Source of the DNA: Perkinsus chesapeaki ATCC PRA-425
Taxonomy: Eukaryota; Protista; Perkinsozoa
DNA length: 64,000 nt
Direction of reading: 5' to 3'
Assembly: GCA_013115145.1 (NCBI GenBank)
Contig: JAAPAO010000048.1
Location: 40,027-104,026, forward strand
The notes beneath the pieces are model-generated. The model searched no databases. It saw nothing but the letters and a program-made list of their open reading frames with translations, and was not told where the DNA came from. A program made the translations under genes and the position numbers. The number at the start of each line of letters is the position of its first letter. Within the stretch, counting starts at the first letter, position 1. Positions 1 through 12,668 of the stretch are shown in pieces.

Positions 1-853
1 TACGAGCCAGCGACTGATAGCTAAACTAAGCTGTAAGCTATCCAAAAGCTTTTCAGTAGACATAACATGAGCATACCAATCATGCTCCTTCTTAAATATT
101 TCACACGTTGGAGCGATCATTCTCAAACGTCGTGAGGCTTCTTCACTCCGCCTTCCGGTATAGTGAAGCACGTTGATGATGATAATAATCCCACGTCGAT
201 CTGACCGGGAATACCAATTTTGACTTCATCGTGTGCTGCGCGCATTAGATTGCTGTTTGAAGCCTTCTAGTTGTAAATGTATCCTGGCGGAATTCCTAGC
301 GGCTGTGGTGTAAGACAAGCGGTTAGTAATTGAACCTCGGCACGGTCACTGTATCAACAGGAAGGAGTAGTCCTTTCAACTACACGCACCGCAGTTCGGC
401 GGCGCCGACACGTAAAGGGAGCTAAAAGAGAGGAGCCTCGCGAGGGTTTATGTGACTCATTATTCGGGGCAACTCGTCATGATACGGCGTTTCAGTAGTT
501 TTCGTCTTGTTTATAGCAGATGGTCTGGAGTTCCGTCAGCTTTGTTGCAGTTATCCACATTCAAGTGGCAGGTGCTCAGTTGCTCAACAGTAGTGGGCGG
601 CGGGACATTCTAGTAGGGGCAGAAGCATCCGTGCGATGGTGCTCCGTCCCTTCTCAGATGTCGCATTTCCAGAGAAATGCCTGAAGAGCAACTGGGCGGG
701 ATGGGTGGGCAAACGCTTTTCTGCCACTAGACCGGGGGTGTAGGTGATATACTGGCGCTGACGACGTCGTAGACTGCGCGAGGAAAATTGCGCTGAGCTA
801 TGTTTTGGTTGCACGCATGCTCTGATCTTCCCTCCGCGCGCGACATTTGACAT
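1..853 (-). CDS. Possible multi-exon hypothetical gene running off the window start; exon chain not resolved
   Basis: Short open segments bounded by GT/AG on the minus strand (for example ...QRVKIFKKEHDWYAHVMSTEKLLDSL near 20-120). No recognisable family. Confidence 0.25.
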
Positions 854-1029
854 GATCCTTGTCTTGCAACTTTAGTATCTGCATGCGCGGCACGACGTTA
901 ACGATGACGACAATGAACATTATGTCCGTTAGACCAATAGATTGTATGATAAATTGACAGATTCCACTTGCTTCACTCGACAACTTGGCTCAACAAAGAG
1001 AATGCATAATTAGTAATTAAGTTATTCAT

Positions 1030-4000
1030 TCATATTTCCTCCTTTAGCGAACTGTTGTTCATACATTTGCAGTAGCTGAAGAAACAACGATTCCAACCCT
1101 AGTCGAGCACCACGTTGAGCAAACCTGTTCGCTCGAAGTAGCATCTTCTGGATTTTTGTCATCCCTTATTCTGATGAAGCGTGGGAAGCGTAAGCCTATA
1201 CCTTTACCACCAGCACTATCAATCAGATTGCACGCTGACAAAAGTTAACTAATCGCAGGTGAACAGTAAAGCTCACCTCCAGTGTGAACCGGACTGATAC
1301 TTAAATCAGCACATTGGATTTCCCAAACCTGATCGATACAAGTTATCCGCGAAAGATTCTCGAGAGGTTACTTGTGTGGCATCCAGCCAGACATCAGGTG
1401 TCATCTTATCGGCTACAACATAGTCAGCTCGTTTACGCGGGATCACCTAAAGCTGCAATAAAAGTCCAGAAACTCGAAAAATACTAAACCGGAATCGATT
1501 GACGGCAGAGGCTTACATTCTCCTTATGATGATCATAATGCTTATCGAGGAACTCGTCGGTGAACCCCGTGGCGACTTTACAGCAACTTTGATATTCTCC
1601 CTCATTAGCATCGTATACGGCCAACAGATATGTACCATACACGCCGGTGCGCTGATGATGACATAAGACATTATCTTCCGTCAGAGGTCGAGCAAGCTAC
1701 CTTTCCTTTGCCATAAAATGCGCCAATCGGCACCAAGTCCAATGAGTCTGCCATACCAGTGAGATAATCCTTCTTTAACTTCAACCAGTTGAGAGATCTC
1801 TTCGACGGTTCATAAGTAGCGTGGTCGATTAACGTCTTCAACATGAGGCCTGTCCGAGTACGTGTGGCCCCATCCTCCCCGATCCCTCACCTTCACAGGA
1901 TGCCTCAACACTCTCAGTGAAGAATAATTGTATCTCTTCTTCAGAATCCATATCACGAGCTGTGGCAAATTGGATTCTGTCATCAACTTCCTTCAGTCGA
2001 GTTCTTAAAATCTAAAGGAGTAATATCATCAAAGATTGAATGGACAAAAAAGGTCCACAACTGATTTTGACTTGTATAGTCAAAGTTCTCCATTTCACAC
2101 CGCGCTGATATATTTCGGGATATTCCACACTAAAAACCTTTGCAAACCATTTCCGGTGTAGTTAGGATTTATAACGATGCATTACTTGCACCTACTGGAC
2201 AGGACAAACACTAGTGGATACCCTCTTAGAGGCCCATGTCGACTTTAGAAGTGAAAAATATTTTTTCCACAGTATCAAGCAACAAGCACCAATAATTTCC
2301 GATCAGATCTTTCTTCGTTTTTGAAACACAGCGATGGTCCCTAGTTGCCTCGGGTGGGCGTCTATTTCAATTCTCACGGATGCGCCACTCACAGTTCGTC
2401 GAGTATCCAGATTCTTCGTTATTAAAGATTCGTCATCCAAATAGATTAGATCAAACGGAAACAGACATACTTGCACCTGACACTTCCAAATCTTGCTAAT
2501 CTTGCATTTCCTCAACGCCTCACCTTAATATCAGATATATCAACATTTTTCCTGGGTCTTGATGACAGCATTTGGAATGGTAAAACTTTATGTTTTTCCC
2601 TATCAAATGCCACCGCCTCTGCATCAATAATCATATTATTGATCGGCTAACAATAACTTAACAACAGCTCATAGAGCTACTAGACAATCTCACCTTATCA
2701 ACTGTTGACAACATAACTTCAATCGCATCGATTACATCTGGATACCTGCAAACTTAACAATGAATACAAATTAGATTCCCCCCCGAGTTCTCTCCGAGCC
2801 GTACATCTTGGCTCTAGACGAGTATGGTGAGTTAAGGTGCACGAACTAATGGTTGGAGTTAATCGTTATGAGTTGTTACTTTTCTGTAAGATCTTCACTA
2901 TTTCTGCTATACACTTTGATGACCCTTTTCCCTTTATCATTCATCCACATATGAACTTGAGCACGTTCACCATCGTACCTAATTCAGGCACGTCAAGCTC
3001 CGAATTATTTGCAGATGCTTCCAACAACCCCGAGTCAAACTCTGCCCATTTATGCCCCTCATTTGAAAATATACATTTTTGTATTCCCTAAATCTGAACT
3101 ATACCATTTAAAAGCATGTTGAATTTTCATTCTCATTTTTTTATTAAAATGACTATGAGACTTCCATTTACTTGTATTCTGCAGTGAACTTGATATCCTT
3201 AAAGCGATCGAGGACCTGCTTAAGCCATAAAGATACCAAATAGGTTAACAAACACGCACCTCTGTGATGGATTTAGTTGGCTTAGCAAGCATTGGCTTTA
3301 CTGGAATGCCTGGGGTTACAGTGCAAACCTAAAGACAATAAAAGTACCGCAATCTTCAGGCCAAAGTTCCGACTTGGAAAATAGAAGATGAATTTGATAT
3401 AACCAATGCTAGAAAACAATGGCCAAATGATTCCCCTTCAATATGAAGGAAGATTCTTTCAAGAAGACCCTCTCATCTCACTTGAGCAAGCTTCTCAGCA
3501 TCAGCGCCCGATAAAAGGCATTCAACCAACTTGTCGTAACTTGGCACCTCACAAAACGCCTGAGAGAATATTTCTTGCATTTTTCCACCTTTACATTTCC
3601 TAACCTGTTTTGTAGCAGCTTCCAACTCCATCATCTGTAAAGCAATCTTCTCATTGCTCGGAGACGGTTTTTCTAAAATCGCAGAATTTTCCGACAACGA
3701 GGACCAAGACGCCCTGCCCCTGCAACCGTGTCGGGAATTGCCTTTCTCATTTGTACGGAATTACCCCACAATTCGCACCGGCTGCATAAATCAACCAAAA
3801 TTTTATGTGAAACGCATCTAAGCGATAGTCGCATTTTTCACACTAGTAGTGTCGCATTACGATGAAATATTCCTCAGAAAGATGAAATTTTTTACCTTAT
3901 TGCAGAAGATGCTACCTTTTCTAATATCAGGAATACATTCTTTATCCTTTCCTTCAGCTGGTTTTGTAAGAACAAATGCATAGGCTAAGGCTTGAAGTAT

Positions 4001-6320
4001 AGTAGCTGACAGGATTCCCACTCGAAGACGCCCCTGAATTAACTGTTTATGTATCTTACCACCTTCAAGCTAAGATACTCACCTGTAGAGTCCTAACAAT
4101 ATATTTAGCTTCCTCTCCTTTAGCAGCCACCAAGCATTTCGTGATGATATCTTTTCGAAGCTTCTGTGAATCCTGCAATAAATTGTATCTTAAGATTCTC
4201 CATAGTGCGCAAAGATACCTTTCCTTTAGCCTGACTCATCACAAGTAATTCCTTATATAATTTACTTATCGTCAAAGGCGGTGGAGCGAAGAGCATCGGT
4301 TGGTTCACACGAGACAACAAAGCGGCTTCACCAAGATCCTGAAAAAATAAAAAAATAAAAAAATGCGAACAAAAGTTTCCGGAAAAAATTTTCCTCTCAG
4401 TTTTCCTAAAGATTAAATCTCTACATCAAAATTAGTTCCTCCTTCTGATTTCCGCGAGAAAATATTTTCCCACTCGTTTGCGGTATTGGCCCTGCGGTTT
4501 AATTCGATAGCGTCGTATTTAGCGGATTACACCAATCTACTTATATCTCTTCGGTAACTTACCGCTGCATTGCCATTGCTTATATCAGCTGTAATATGCT
4601 TCTCTGATCTACCATATACTTGAGCCATCGCTTTTAATATAACATGATCACCAACACCAACCTGATGAACAACAAATAAAAGGATATACAGTAACCTTAT
4701 AAAATCGAAGCTTATTAAATTAATAAATATTTTCTGCTCTTTATTATTCTAAGTTTGAGGAGCAAGAATGAGTTCTCCACAATATAGCATTTACGTACTA
4801 CAAGGAAGTCGTGCTTTTTTATGAAGCTATTTACGAAATAATGCGGTTCAAAGTGGTGAATGATGAATCTATAAAGTAGGCAAGAAGTGGGATACGAAAA
4901 ATGTCAAAATATAACCAATACTAAAAACGTAACTAATTTTTTCACAGCGAAAAATTTCCTTCAGTATCTTCCCCTGTGACACTAATTCCTTTCTGACACC
5001 TCTAGCTGTCTTTACCTCAACATTCTCATAATCCGGCCGCAGTTTATTAATTAATAAATATACCGCATAAATAAGCTCGGATGGATTATAATAAATGATA
5101 ACACGGAATAGGTTAGACAATATCACCTAGCACAAAAATCAAGAAATCAAACAATTTCGCGGCGCGCGGTCAACCTTACTAGAACCTTTTTCTTCGACCC
5201 TTGTCCAGAGTTCTTCAAATCTTCTATCTTCTGCAATGCCAATGCGAGTAGCGAGTAGGGCAGGTTTTTGCCAGGTGTGAGCTGGAATGATAAAAAATAC
5301 CTCCGCTGGGGTTCGAACCCGCGCGATCAAAGGCTTACTTTTATTTGACTGAACTTTGAAGGGTCAAAAGCAGGCGAAGTGATGTCGCTGATTGCCGTCG
5401 GATTCTTTGCTGAAAATTTTTGGGAAAAATCATTTTTTCCAATTTTCCTTCTTACCGGCCGACGCTGGAACTTTCCAGATAGACAGAGGACCTGTGAAAA
5501 ATTTCCGAAAAATATTTTTTCCCCGAACTCACCAGTTCCCTTGGCGACCTGAGCGAGTTTTTCAGCGTCGGTTTTACCGGGCTGCTTCAAGGCTTCTGAT
5601 AACGGCATGGCACTGAAAATCCAAAGATTGGAAAATTTATGCCGCTGCGCGGAAAAATAGACGATAATACTGCACAAGACGAGAAAAGAAAAGTGACATA
5701 TTTTTCTGGTAGAGAAAATGAACCTCCAACTTCCACGGAAAAGTATCTTCCCATCGCGAAAAGCTTCGTGTGAATCGCAAGGCTCACTCAATGTCATCGT
5801 CATCTTCATAGTCATCCTCAACTTCTTCATCATCCGAATTTTTACCATCATCGACGACCGTCTGAGAAAATGCGACAAATAAATTGATATTTAGTCGATA
5901 CAAAAACGTATTGTTTTTCCCCTTCTTAGCGATTGAGAACTCAGTAAACGAATCTTCCTAATCAGCTTTCTCCGCGGAGAGAGATCTTGGACAATACGAC
6001 ACAGTAAATCGGTATTGTGCAGGACTTCCAAAGTTCAACACCAAGTCTATTGATGTTCGAAATTTCAACCATTCTCTCAAAAAAATGCACCAGCTCACAT
6101 CAGCGGGCACATCCTTCACATCTTGCTCATCTTGCATTTCCTTAACGCCATTATCATCGTCGATCTTCCGTTTTTTCTCCACGGGCATATTATCCTCAGC
6201 AGTTTTATTTGGTGAGTGTGCAGCACTTCGTTTAGCTCCCCCCATCATCATAGCAAATGCATTAACAGCCGGTCCACATGACATATTTTCTTTCGATGAC
6301 GAGGATGATGATGAAGACAT
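1030..6320 (-). CDS. LIG1: DNA ligase I (ATP-dependent), multi-exon
   Basis: Spliced exons give [16 protein letters not shown]|YDGERAQVH (motif I, split by an intron), [29 protein letters not shown] and [16 protein letters not shown]. The N-terminal exon at 6320 is low-complexity with KKRK. Stop TGA at 1030-1032. Confidence 0.95.
2798..2817 (+). other. Spliced-leader-like relic, antisense, in a LIG1 intron
   Basis: gCCGTA--CATCTTGGCTCtAG compared with the perkinsid SL as I recall it, ACCGTAGCCATCTTGGCTCAAG: an exact 11-mer plus CCGTA and the terminal AG. Confidence 0.5.
5292..5324 (-). repeat. tRNA 3'-half (B-box) remnant inside a 57-nt LIG1 intron (5282-5338)
   Basis: Minus strand GCGCGGGTTCGAACCCCAGCGGAGGTA followed by TTTTTT. 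No 5' half is present. Confidence 0.6.
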
Positions 6321-6745
6321 GAAGGCAATCGAATGAACACTATGTCATCGATAAAGAAAAGAAATTCCAGAGACATTTCGCAGGAAAAAACGTTCATTTC
6401 ATTTCCTACGCCACTAGCAAGTCTGACAGGCGAGAGAGAGAAGAAGATTTTTGAGCAGTTTTTGACGTCCGTGAAACCCGCTACTCCTGTTGAATTCGTT
6501 TGTACGTTAGTCAAAATGTCGACTGACACATTCGGGGGTTCGGTTGGAATTATCTGAACTGTGGGAAGTATTGAGATGATAGTAATAGTAATAACAGCTA
6601 CTGGAGGTTAGCTCATCATCTGCTACATCAATGATAATAAAGTATTAAAAACATACGCAACAATAATCCATTCTACCATCAATAATAAATTTCGAAATCG
6701 AATAGTAACGATTTTTCCCCCGAGTGTCTTGAAATTCCGAGACCA

Positions 6746-9198
6746 CTAGGAATGCATTCCTCCCTTCCTTCCGAACATATCTTTCGCACTAGGAAGGTTT
6801 CCGTCCCTATCCACACCCGATGTCTTCGCCTAATTACTTCACTAAATCAACACCGTTAAGTTAATAACAACAACAAAAAGGATCATGAACGTGTTGACAA
6901 AAATGAGTAACTGAGCCTCAAGGCTATAATTTTGTGGCGCAGTGACAATAATATTATAAAATCAACATCATCAAGCCCGACCATTTACTGGCGGTAGGTT
7001 CTCCGGTCGGCAAATGAAGTCGTGCAATCGCAGGAGGCACTGAAAAAGAATAACACTCCAAATGGATGGAAATAAAAACGTCGCCGAGAATGGCAAAACA
7101 TTACCAAAAGTTCGACTGTTTCAATACCAACTTTTACTCACAACCCGAGATTGCAATGCTTTCCTACTTAGGAGAAGAAATGAAGAATTTCTTCCAGAAG
7201 CCACTTAACAGTTTATTATTCGACCATCAGCAAACGTCTCTCATTTGTTGTTCCGTAAAATATCCTCATCCATAGGTATGTTATAATACTGTGATGCGAT
7301 AAACTATCTAAATTCTCCTTCCCCCAAACTTTTGTCTCCTTGCCGATATATGCAGTCGCTCCAACACTGCAGGAACTTCCGAGAGAATAGTCATCATTTC
7401 TCACAAGCGAGCATCGACGCTCCGAAAATTTTCAACAAAAAATAAATTTTCCGGGAAAATCGAATCCTTTACCTCCTGGTTGTCTTCAATATCCAAATCA
7501 AAATCTCCATCATGAGCCAGCATATAGGGAATCCAGGCCGATAAAATTTCTAGCTGCGGAATCAACTGAGTGATGCTGGGATCTGATGATACCAATAATC
7601 GATCAACTGGGCGAGCGCTAAATCCACGTACGACTTATCATCTTCATTGTTTTTTTCCGGCAAATTTTTGAAAAATTCTGGTCGTAATTTCTGTCGGCGA
7701 TAACTTCTTGAAGAGCTCGACGTTCAAAAACAGAATCACCGATTGACAACACGTTCTTCCAGCTTTGCATCTCGTATCTGAAAAGATATCTTTGAGGTTA
7801 AGATGCGAAAAGATATTCTTTACCGTGAGTAAAACAACTTCAGTTGCTTCTTCATGGCAACTTCTTTCATGTACGCCGGAACACAAAGCTGAAAAAGTGG
7901 AAAAATAATTCAGCGGAAATTTCCAGGGGGAAATTTGAGGAAAATTTTTCAGTGATTGAATTTCCCATCTCAAAATTTCAGAAATTTTGGGAGTGTTTTT
8001 AGCTCAGAACGCTTGGAAGAATCTCGGCTTGTAATGACTAATAAGAGGTTGATCAAGTCTACTTGGAACGACTCCCGGCGTTGTCAGATTCTTCAGAGTG
8101 CGATAAGATACTCGAGCAGGCTACCAGCCCGGCGCCAGTCCAAACCCCACCAGCCTAGCGCACTTTATAGGTTGTTCGATAAATCATAGTTAGATTCATC
8201 CGTAATGATTGAGAATGTTTTGCACTATACCGCCAACATATATTTCAACTTGTTCTCCACCTGCTTGCCCCCCCCCTCACCCCAGCCTTTCGAGCTCGTC
8301 TTTGCTCTTCAGGTGATACAGTCTCCTTGGCATAGATGACAGGAATCTTCAACCGCTCTATCACTGGACCAAGCTCAGGCATGAAATTTTCTGACAATTT
8401 TTTTGGGACAAACTGCACAATTTAGTCTTACGTATCGAGATGGTAACCCAGGGAGCCGTTGCTAATGTTACGATGACCACATGACTGATTGCTGAGGCAT
8501 TCTCCAGCAAACGTATCGCCATCTCACTGCACTTCGCCAGTGGCCTTCGGTACCTTAAATCCAAGGTGAGACTCATTAAGGAGTGTGGTAATGTACTGCA
8601 TGTGTCAAAATACATACTAAAGCCATGAAGTCATACGATACGTAATATGAGCAAAATGATACCGAATTGACCACTACTAAGTAGGCACTATTTCCCTGTG
8701 GACTTACGAATAAGAAAATATGATACGAAAAGTCATTATTTATTTTAAACTAGTGCACATCAGAAAAGGTAGGAATCGTCTAGTGCTTTGAGAATGCAGG
8801 AGGCAATGATACGAGGTTGATGAGAAAAAAGCATGGCGAAGGGGGAGGGGAACAGTCAACGATTAAAAATGTTCTCACTGTGGTGACCAGGGTATGCGCA
8901 CTTTCTGTGAGTAAAAGCTATGCTCATTGAACATAACTTGTTTGTATATATTATTACTGGGCTTTATTCGGACATCTTTCATTCCATTTCAAAGTTGGAT
9001 ATGAAAACTTAATCCATGCTGTTGGAAATAGAGTGTCATCCCAATCAAGAATAGTCACCGATTGACTTGGCAAATGCCATTCTAGACCTGATTATGATCA
9101 TGAGCGCAACAAACACCATTCGTCACTGCGCCACAAAATTGTCCCTTATTATTATTACAACTATTGAAGCTGACGCCGCTACTGTGTGGCATGTCCAT
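6746..9198 (-). CDS. Uncharacterised HAD-like (DxDxT) protein, paralogue A, multi-exon
   Basis: Exons give VTILDWDDTLFPT, VVIVTLATAPWV, WKNVLSIGDSVFERRAL and DPSITQLIPQLEILSAWIPYMLAHDGDFDLD. The 3' end is approximate. Confidence 0.75.
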
Positions 9199-9470
9199 CG
9201 AGCTTCTTTTAGACTGAAAAAGTGGAAAGTTGCAAAGCAGGTGTAAAATCGACATCATCGTATACGTATCGAACTATCATAAGGACAGACATGCTAGACC
9301 GTTAAACCGTGCTAGTATTCTCTACATAGTCGCAAGCAGCAGCAGCAGCCACGGTCAAGAAGAGGGATTCACTAAGCCTCCCCAACTAAGCAGTGGTGGC
9401 CTCCTTCGATTATTTTACTATTAATTTCCAGCCCAAATATTATTTCTTCCATCATCAATTTTTCTATCAT

Positions 9471-11890
9471 CTATCGCCTCACCTGCGAATTGGAACTTTC
9501 GCTTTCATCACTTCCATTTGGTTTCTGCCCCATCGGATTCAACACAATAATGTTCGCTAAAATAACCCCACTGCGGTTCGAACTCGCCTCCGTCGTCTCA
9601 TTACAATTCGGCACTATGCCCTCCCCTACTCCGCCATTTTCACTCGATGAAGACGACGACGCTTCGCTTTTATTGCTGACACTCTTTTCTAAGGACACCC
9701 CAGGAGGAAGCAATTGTTGCCCGAAACTGGGGCGAGGTGACAGTATGACTTTCTGCATCATCGGTATCTAAATCGATCATCTGATCGATTTCAATCGACC
9801 AGCTAACTACCTCAGATAAAGACACATTAAACTGCTTTCCAAGATCAGAGCAACTGTTTGCCATACTTTCGAGTGCATCCCCTTCCCCTTTATTATTCTC
9901 TATACAGGATGCTCGCCTAGCCGAACCATCACTCATAACAGCCCATGGCTCCAAGTTGGCCGAGTTGCTCTTATTCGACGAAGAATTCTTTAAAGCCTTC
10001 ATTGCGTCGGCTCTGAAAATGAAAAGGGCATATATCGAAATCACCATCTACCATCGATCACCAATTTTCAACAAAGCGATGCCAAAGAAGTGAAGATATA
10101 GTAATATAAAATAATAATTAATAAATTTAATATAAAATCAATAACAGATATTTGATGATAACATATGAAATTCATGTCACTAAAAACATAAAAACATGGG
10201 TAGAGAGGAATAGTATTTTTCCCTTCCTTTACCGAATATCTATCGAATTCAGCCCCCCTAAATTCCCCTGTTCCCGTCTATGTTAGGCAACCTCCTCATT
10301 TGGGAGCTGCTGCAGCGGCACACTCGGCATTCCAGAGTAGAGTAATCATGCCACTTTTCCATTGTATTACGCAGCTCCAGTGATTTGTAGTCTGAATCTT
10401 TTATCGCTCAAAGTGGAATGTGTCCCGCTTTTTGTCGGCCTCACGCTCTCCAAAGTGCTCATTCGGGCAGAAGATGTGGATAACTGAAAAAAGTCATCAA
10501 CATAACAACAAGTTAACAGAATTTCCCATTATTTTTGCCATGACACGAATTCGCAGGAGGGAGTTGTAAACAAGCGGAGTATGCTGAAAAATATCAACCA
10601 ATACGAAATAATACTTGGAGACCGGGATTTTTAAGTAGCTGAAGGAAAGCGTGTACGTCATCATAGATGTTACAAGTTATTGAATGCGAATCCAACATTG
10701 ACCTTTTGAGTGTACAGCAGAATTCTAACAAGTGTATTGCTCATTCAGCTAAATGAGCAGACATAACTTGAACGGATTTGAGAAATACGTAATGTTCGTG
10801 AACGATCATCTGCTCAAGGACTGTTTGAATGAACTAGTATTATATTCCTCACAAACTAATAAGTTTATTAATATTTCAAATACTAATAATAACTTAAAAA
10901 AGTCATTAGTTGCTTGAATGATTGAATGAATCTACCGTAAACCACATAATGATTTTATATAAAGCCTCACCTTCCGTCTCCATGGTAATCCTTGTCCACA
11001 TAAACATCCCGGAAAACTATTACTCTTATTGGTCTTGGTCTTACTTGGTGAGGCAGGATGCTGAAATGAGGTAAACGGAGTCCATCAAGAGAGAAGCGTC
11101 AACGAATTGATGACCACAGCTGCTGTGGTGGAATAGATCGATTAACTACGACACCTAAATCCAATCTCACGGTTTAAAATGCCCTTCCTGGGCTTGAAAA
11201 AACTCTCAATGTTAAAAAGCAAGTTATAGAGTATGTTACTAGTGCGGAGGAGGAGTAGGAGATATAATATAAAATATGTTAGTAGTGCGGAGGAGGAGTA
11301 GGAGATATAATATAGAATATGTTAGTAGTGCGGAGGAGGAGCAGGAGATATAATATGAAATATGTTAGTAGTGCGGAGGAGGAGCAGGAGATATAATATG
11401 AAATATGTTAGTAGTAGTATGTCTAACCTGTGCTGTTAGTAATAAATATTTTAAGAGTACTTAATACCAAGTATAGGGTACGAATCATTACTACGATACA
11501 GTTCTCCAATTTTGCGACTTAGTGAATTTCCTTCTTATATACCACCCAAGTTTCAGCGTCACAAAAAGTATAACAGTATGGGAGATATTCCAAGTTAATT
11601 TGGAGGACTGTAGAGGTTATAAAATATATATCATTAAGGTGTGAAGGGAATTTAATATTACCGGTGGAGCTGATGGTAGTATCCCCTCAATAGTACTCCT
11701 CTTAGATGACGAATTAGATGTTCCACGTACTAGAGACGGAATCTTCATTAACCTACAAATGCCCAAGTTAACCTAAAGATACTCCCCTTATTAACAGCCA
11801 ACACAACAGCTTTATAGGGAGATCATTCTAAAGCCCTTCCTTCAAAGAGCATTTCAATCGAGCAAGACCATTAACATTTCCATTTTCAAG
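9471..11890 (-). CDS. Hypothetical multi-exon protein with Ser-rich C-terminus
   Basis: A 43-nt GT-AG intron joins ORFs 9670-10047 and 9471-9761 in frame (GKQFNVSLSE|IPMMQKVILSPRPS). Further open exon-like segments continue upstream to about 11890. Start is uncertain. Confidence 0.5.
11232..11415. repeat. Tandem repeat, 43-bp unit, about 4.3 copies
   Basis: Unit tatgttagtagtgcggaggaggagyaggagatataatatrraa starts at 11232, 11275, 11318, 11361 and 11404 (partial). Confidence 0.95.
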
Positions 11891-11910
11891 TCCGTCTCCA
11901 TTAGCCTTAC

Positions 11911-11937
11911 AGGTTCGAATCCCGCCAGGTACATTTT
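11911..11937 (+). repeat. tRNA B-box remnant upstream of RPS10
   Basis: AGGTTCGAATCCCGCCAGGTACATTTT. No cloverleaf 5' half. Confidence 0.5.
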
Positions 11938-12043
11938 AAGTGTAATTAAATTATCGATCACGCTGCGGGCGCGCTCTATTAGCCTTGGACGCCCTTCCTC
12001 TTCTAAAGGCCAATCGCCTGGTAAAACCTAAGTTATCATCGTT

Positions 12044-12574
12044 ATGGTGCTAATCAGAAAGGAAGATCGTCGTACCGTATATGAGCATCTCTTCAAGGAG
12101 GGTGTTATTGTTGTGGAGAAGAAGCCAACTTTGAAGCATCATCGTCAAATGGAGGTTGCCAATCTTCATGTTATGATGATCATGAAGTCTCTTTCTTCCA
12201 GGTAGGAAAATGGGAGGGTACATCAATCAACCTCTGGAGAATCTTTCTAAATGCTATTCAAATTTCACGACCAAAATTATTTTTATTTTCAGAGATCTCG
12301 TCGATGAGAAGTTCAACTGGCAGTGGCACTACTACACCCTTAATGACGACGGTATCGAGTATCTTCGTCAATATCTCCACCTTCCCGTAATAATTAACGT
12401 TATATTAATAGTCATTATTATCATTATTCCCAGGCCACTGCTTTCCCCGACACTATGACCAAGCAGCGCCCTACTCGCGCCATTGGTGGTGATGATGATG
12501 ACCGCAAGCCTCGCCGTGACTGGGGTGGCAACAAGTGGGGCAACCAGCAGCAGCAGAAGCCCGTAGAGGCCTAA
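12044..12574 (+). CDS. RPS10: 40S ribosomal protein S10 (eS10), 3 exons
   Basis: MVLIRKEDRRTVYEHLFKEGVIVV...EKFNWQWHYYTLNDDGIEYLRQYLHLP. Introns at 12202-12292 and 12387-12433. Confidence 0.97.
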
Positions 12575-12668
12575 GTTGTCCTTGGTTACCATAAAGTATC
12601 TTAGGTTGATGCTATAGGTTGAGATGGCTTTTGGTTAACACCATTTTTAATAATGTTGTGTTTTGTAA

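Noticed and set aside
984-993. Other partial spliced-leader matches (CTTGGCTCAA here; TTTTGGCTCAA on the minus strand near 47468)
   Set aside because: Matches of 10-11 nt without the 5' part of the leader are expected by chance in 64 kb.
3480-5580. The peptide DAEKLAQV appears twice in LIG1 translations
   Set aside because: The DNA differs at several synonymous positions and one copy ends at a splice donor. No larger duplication is visible, so it is treated as coincidence.
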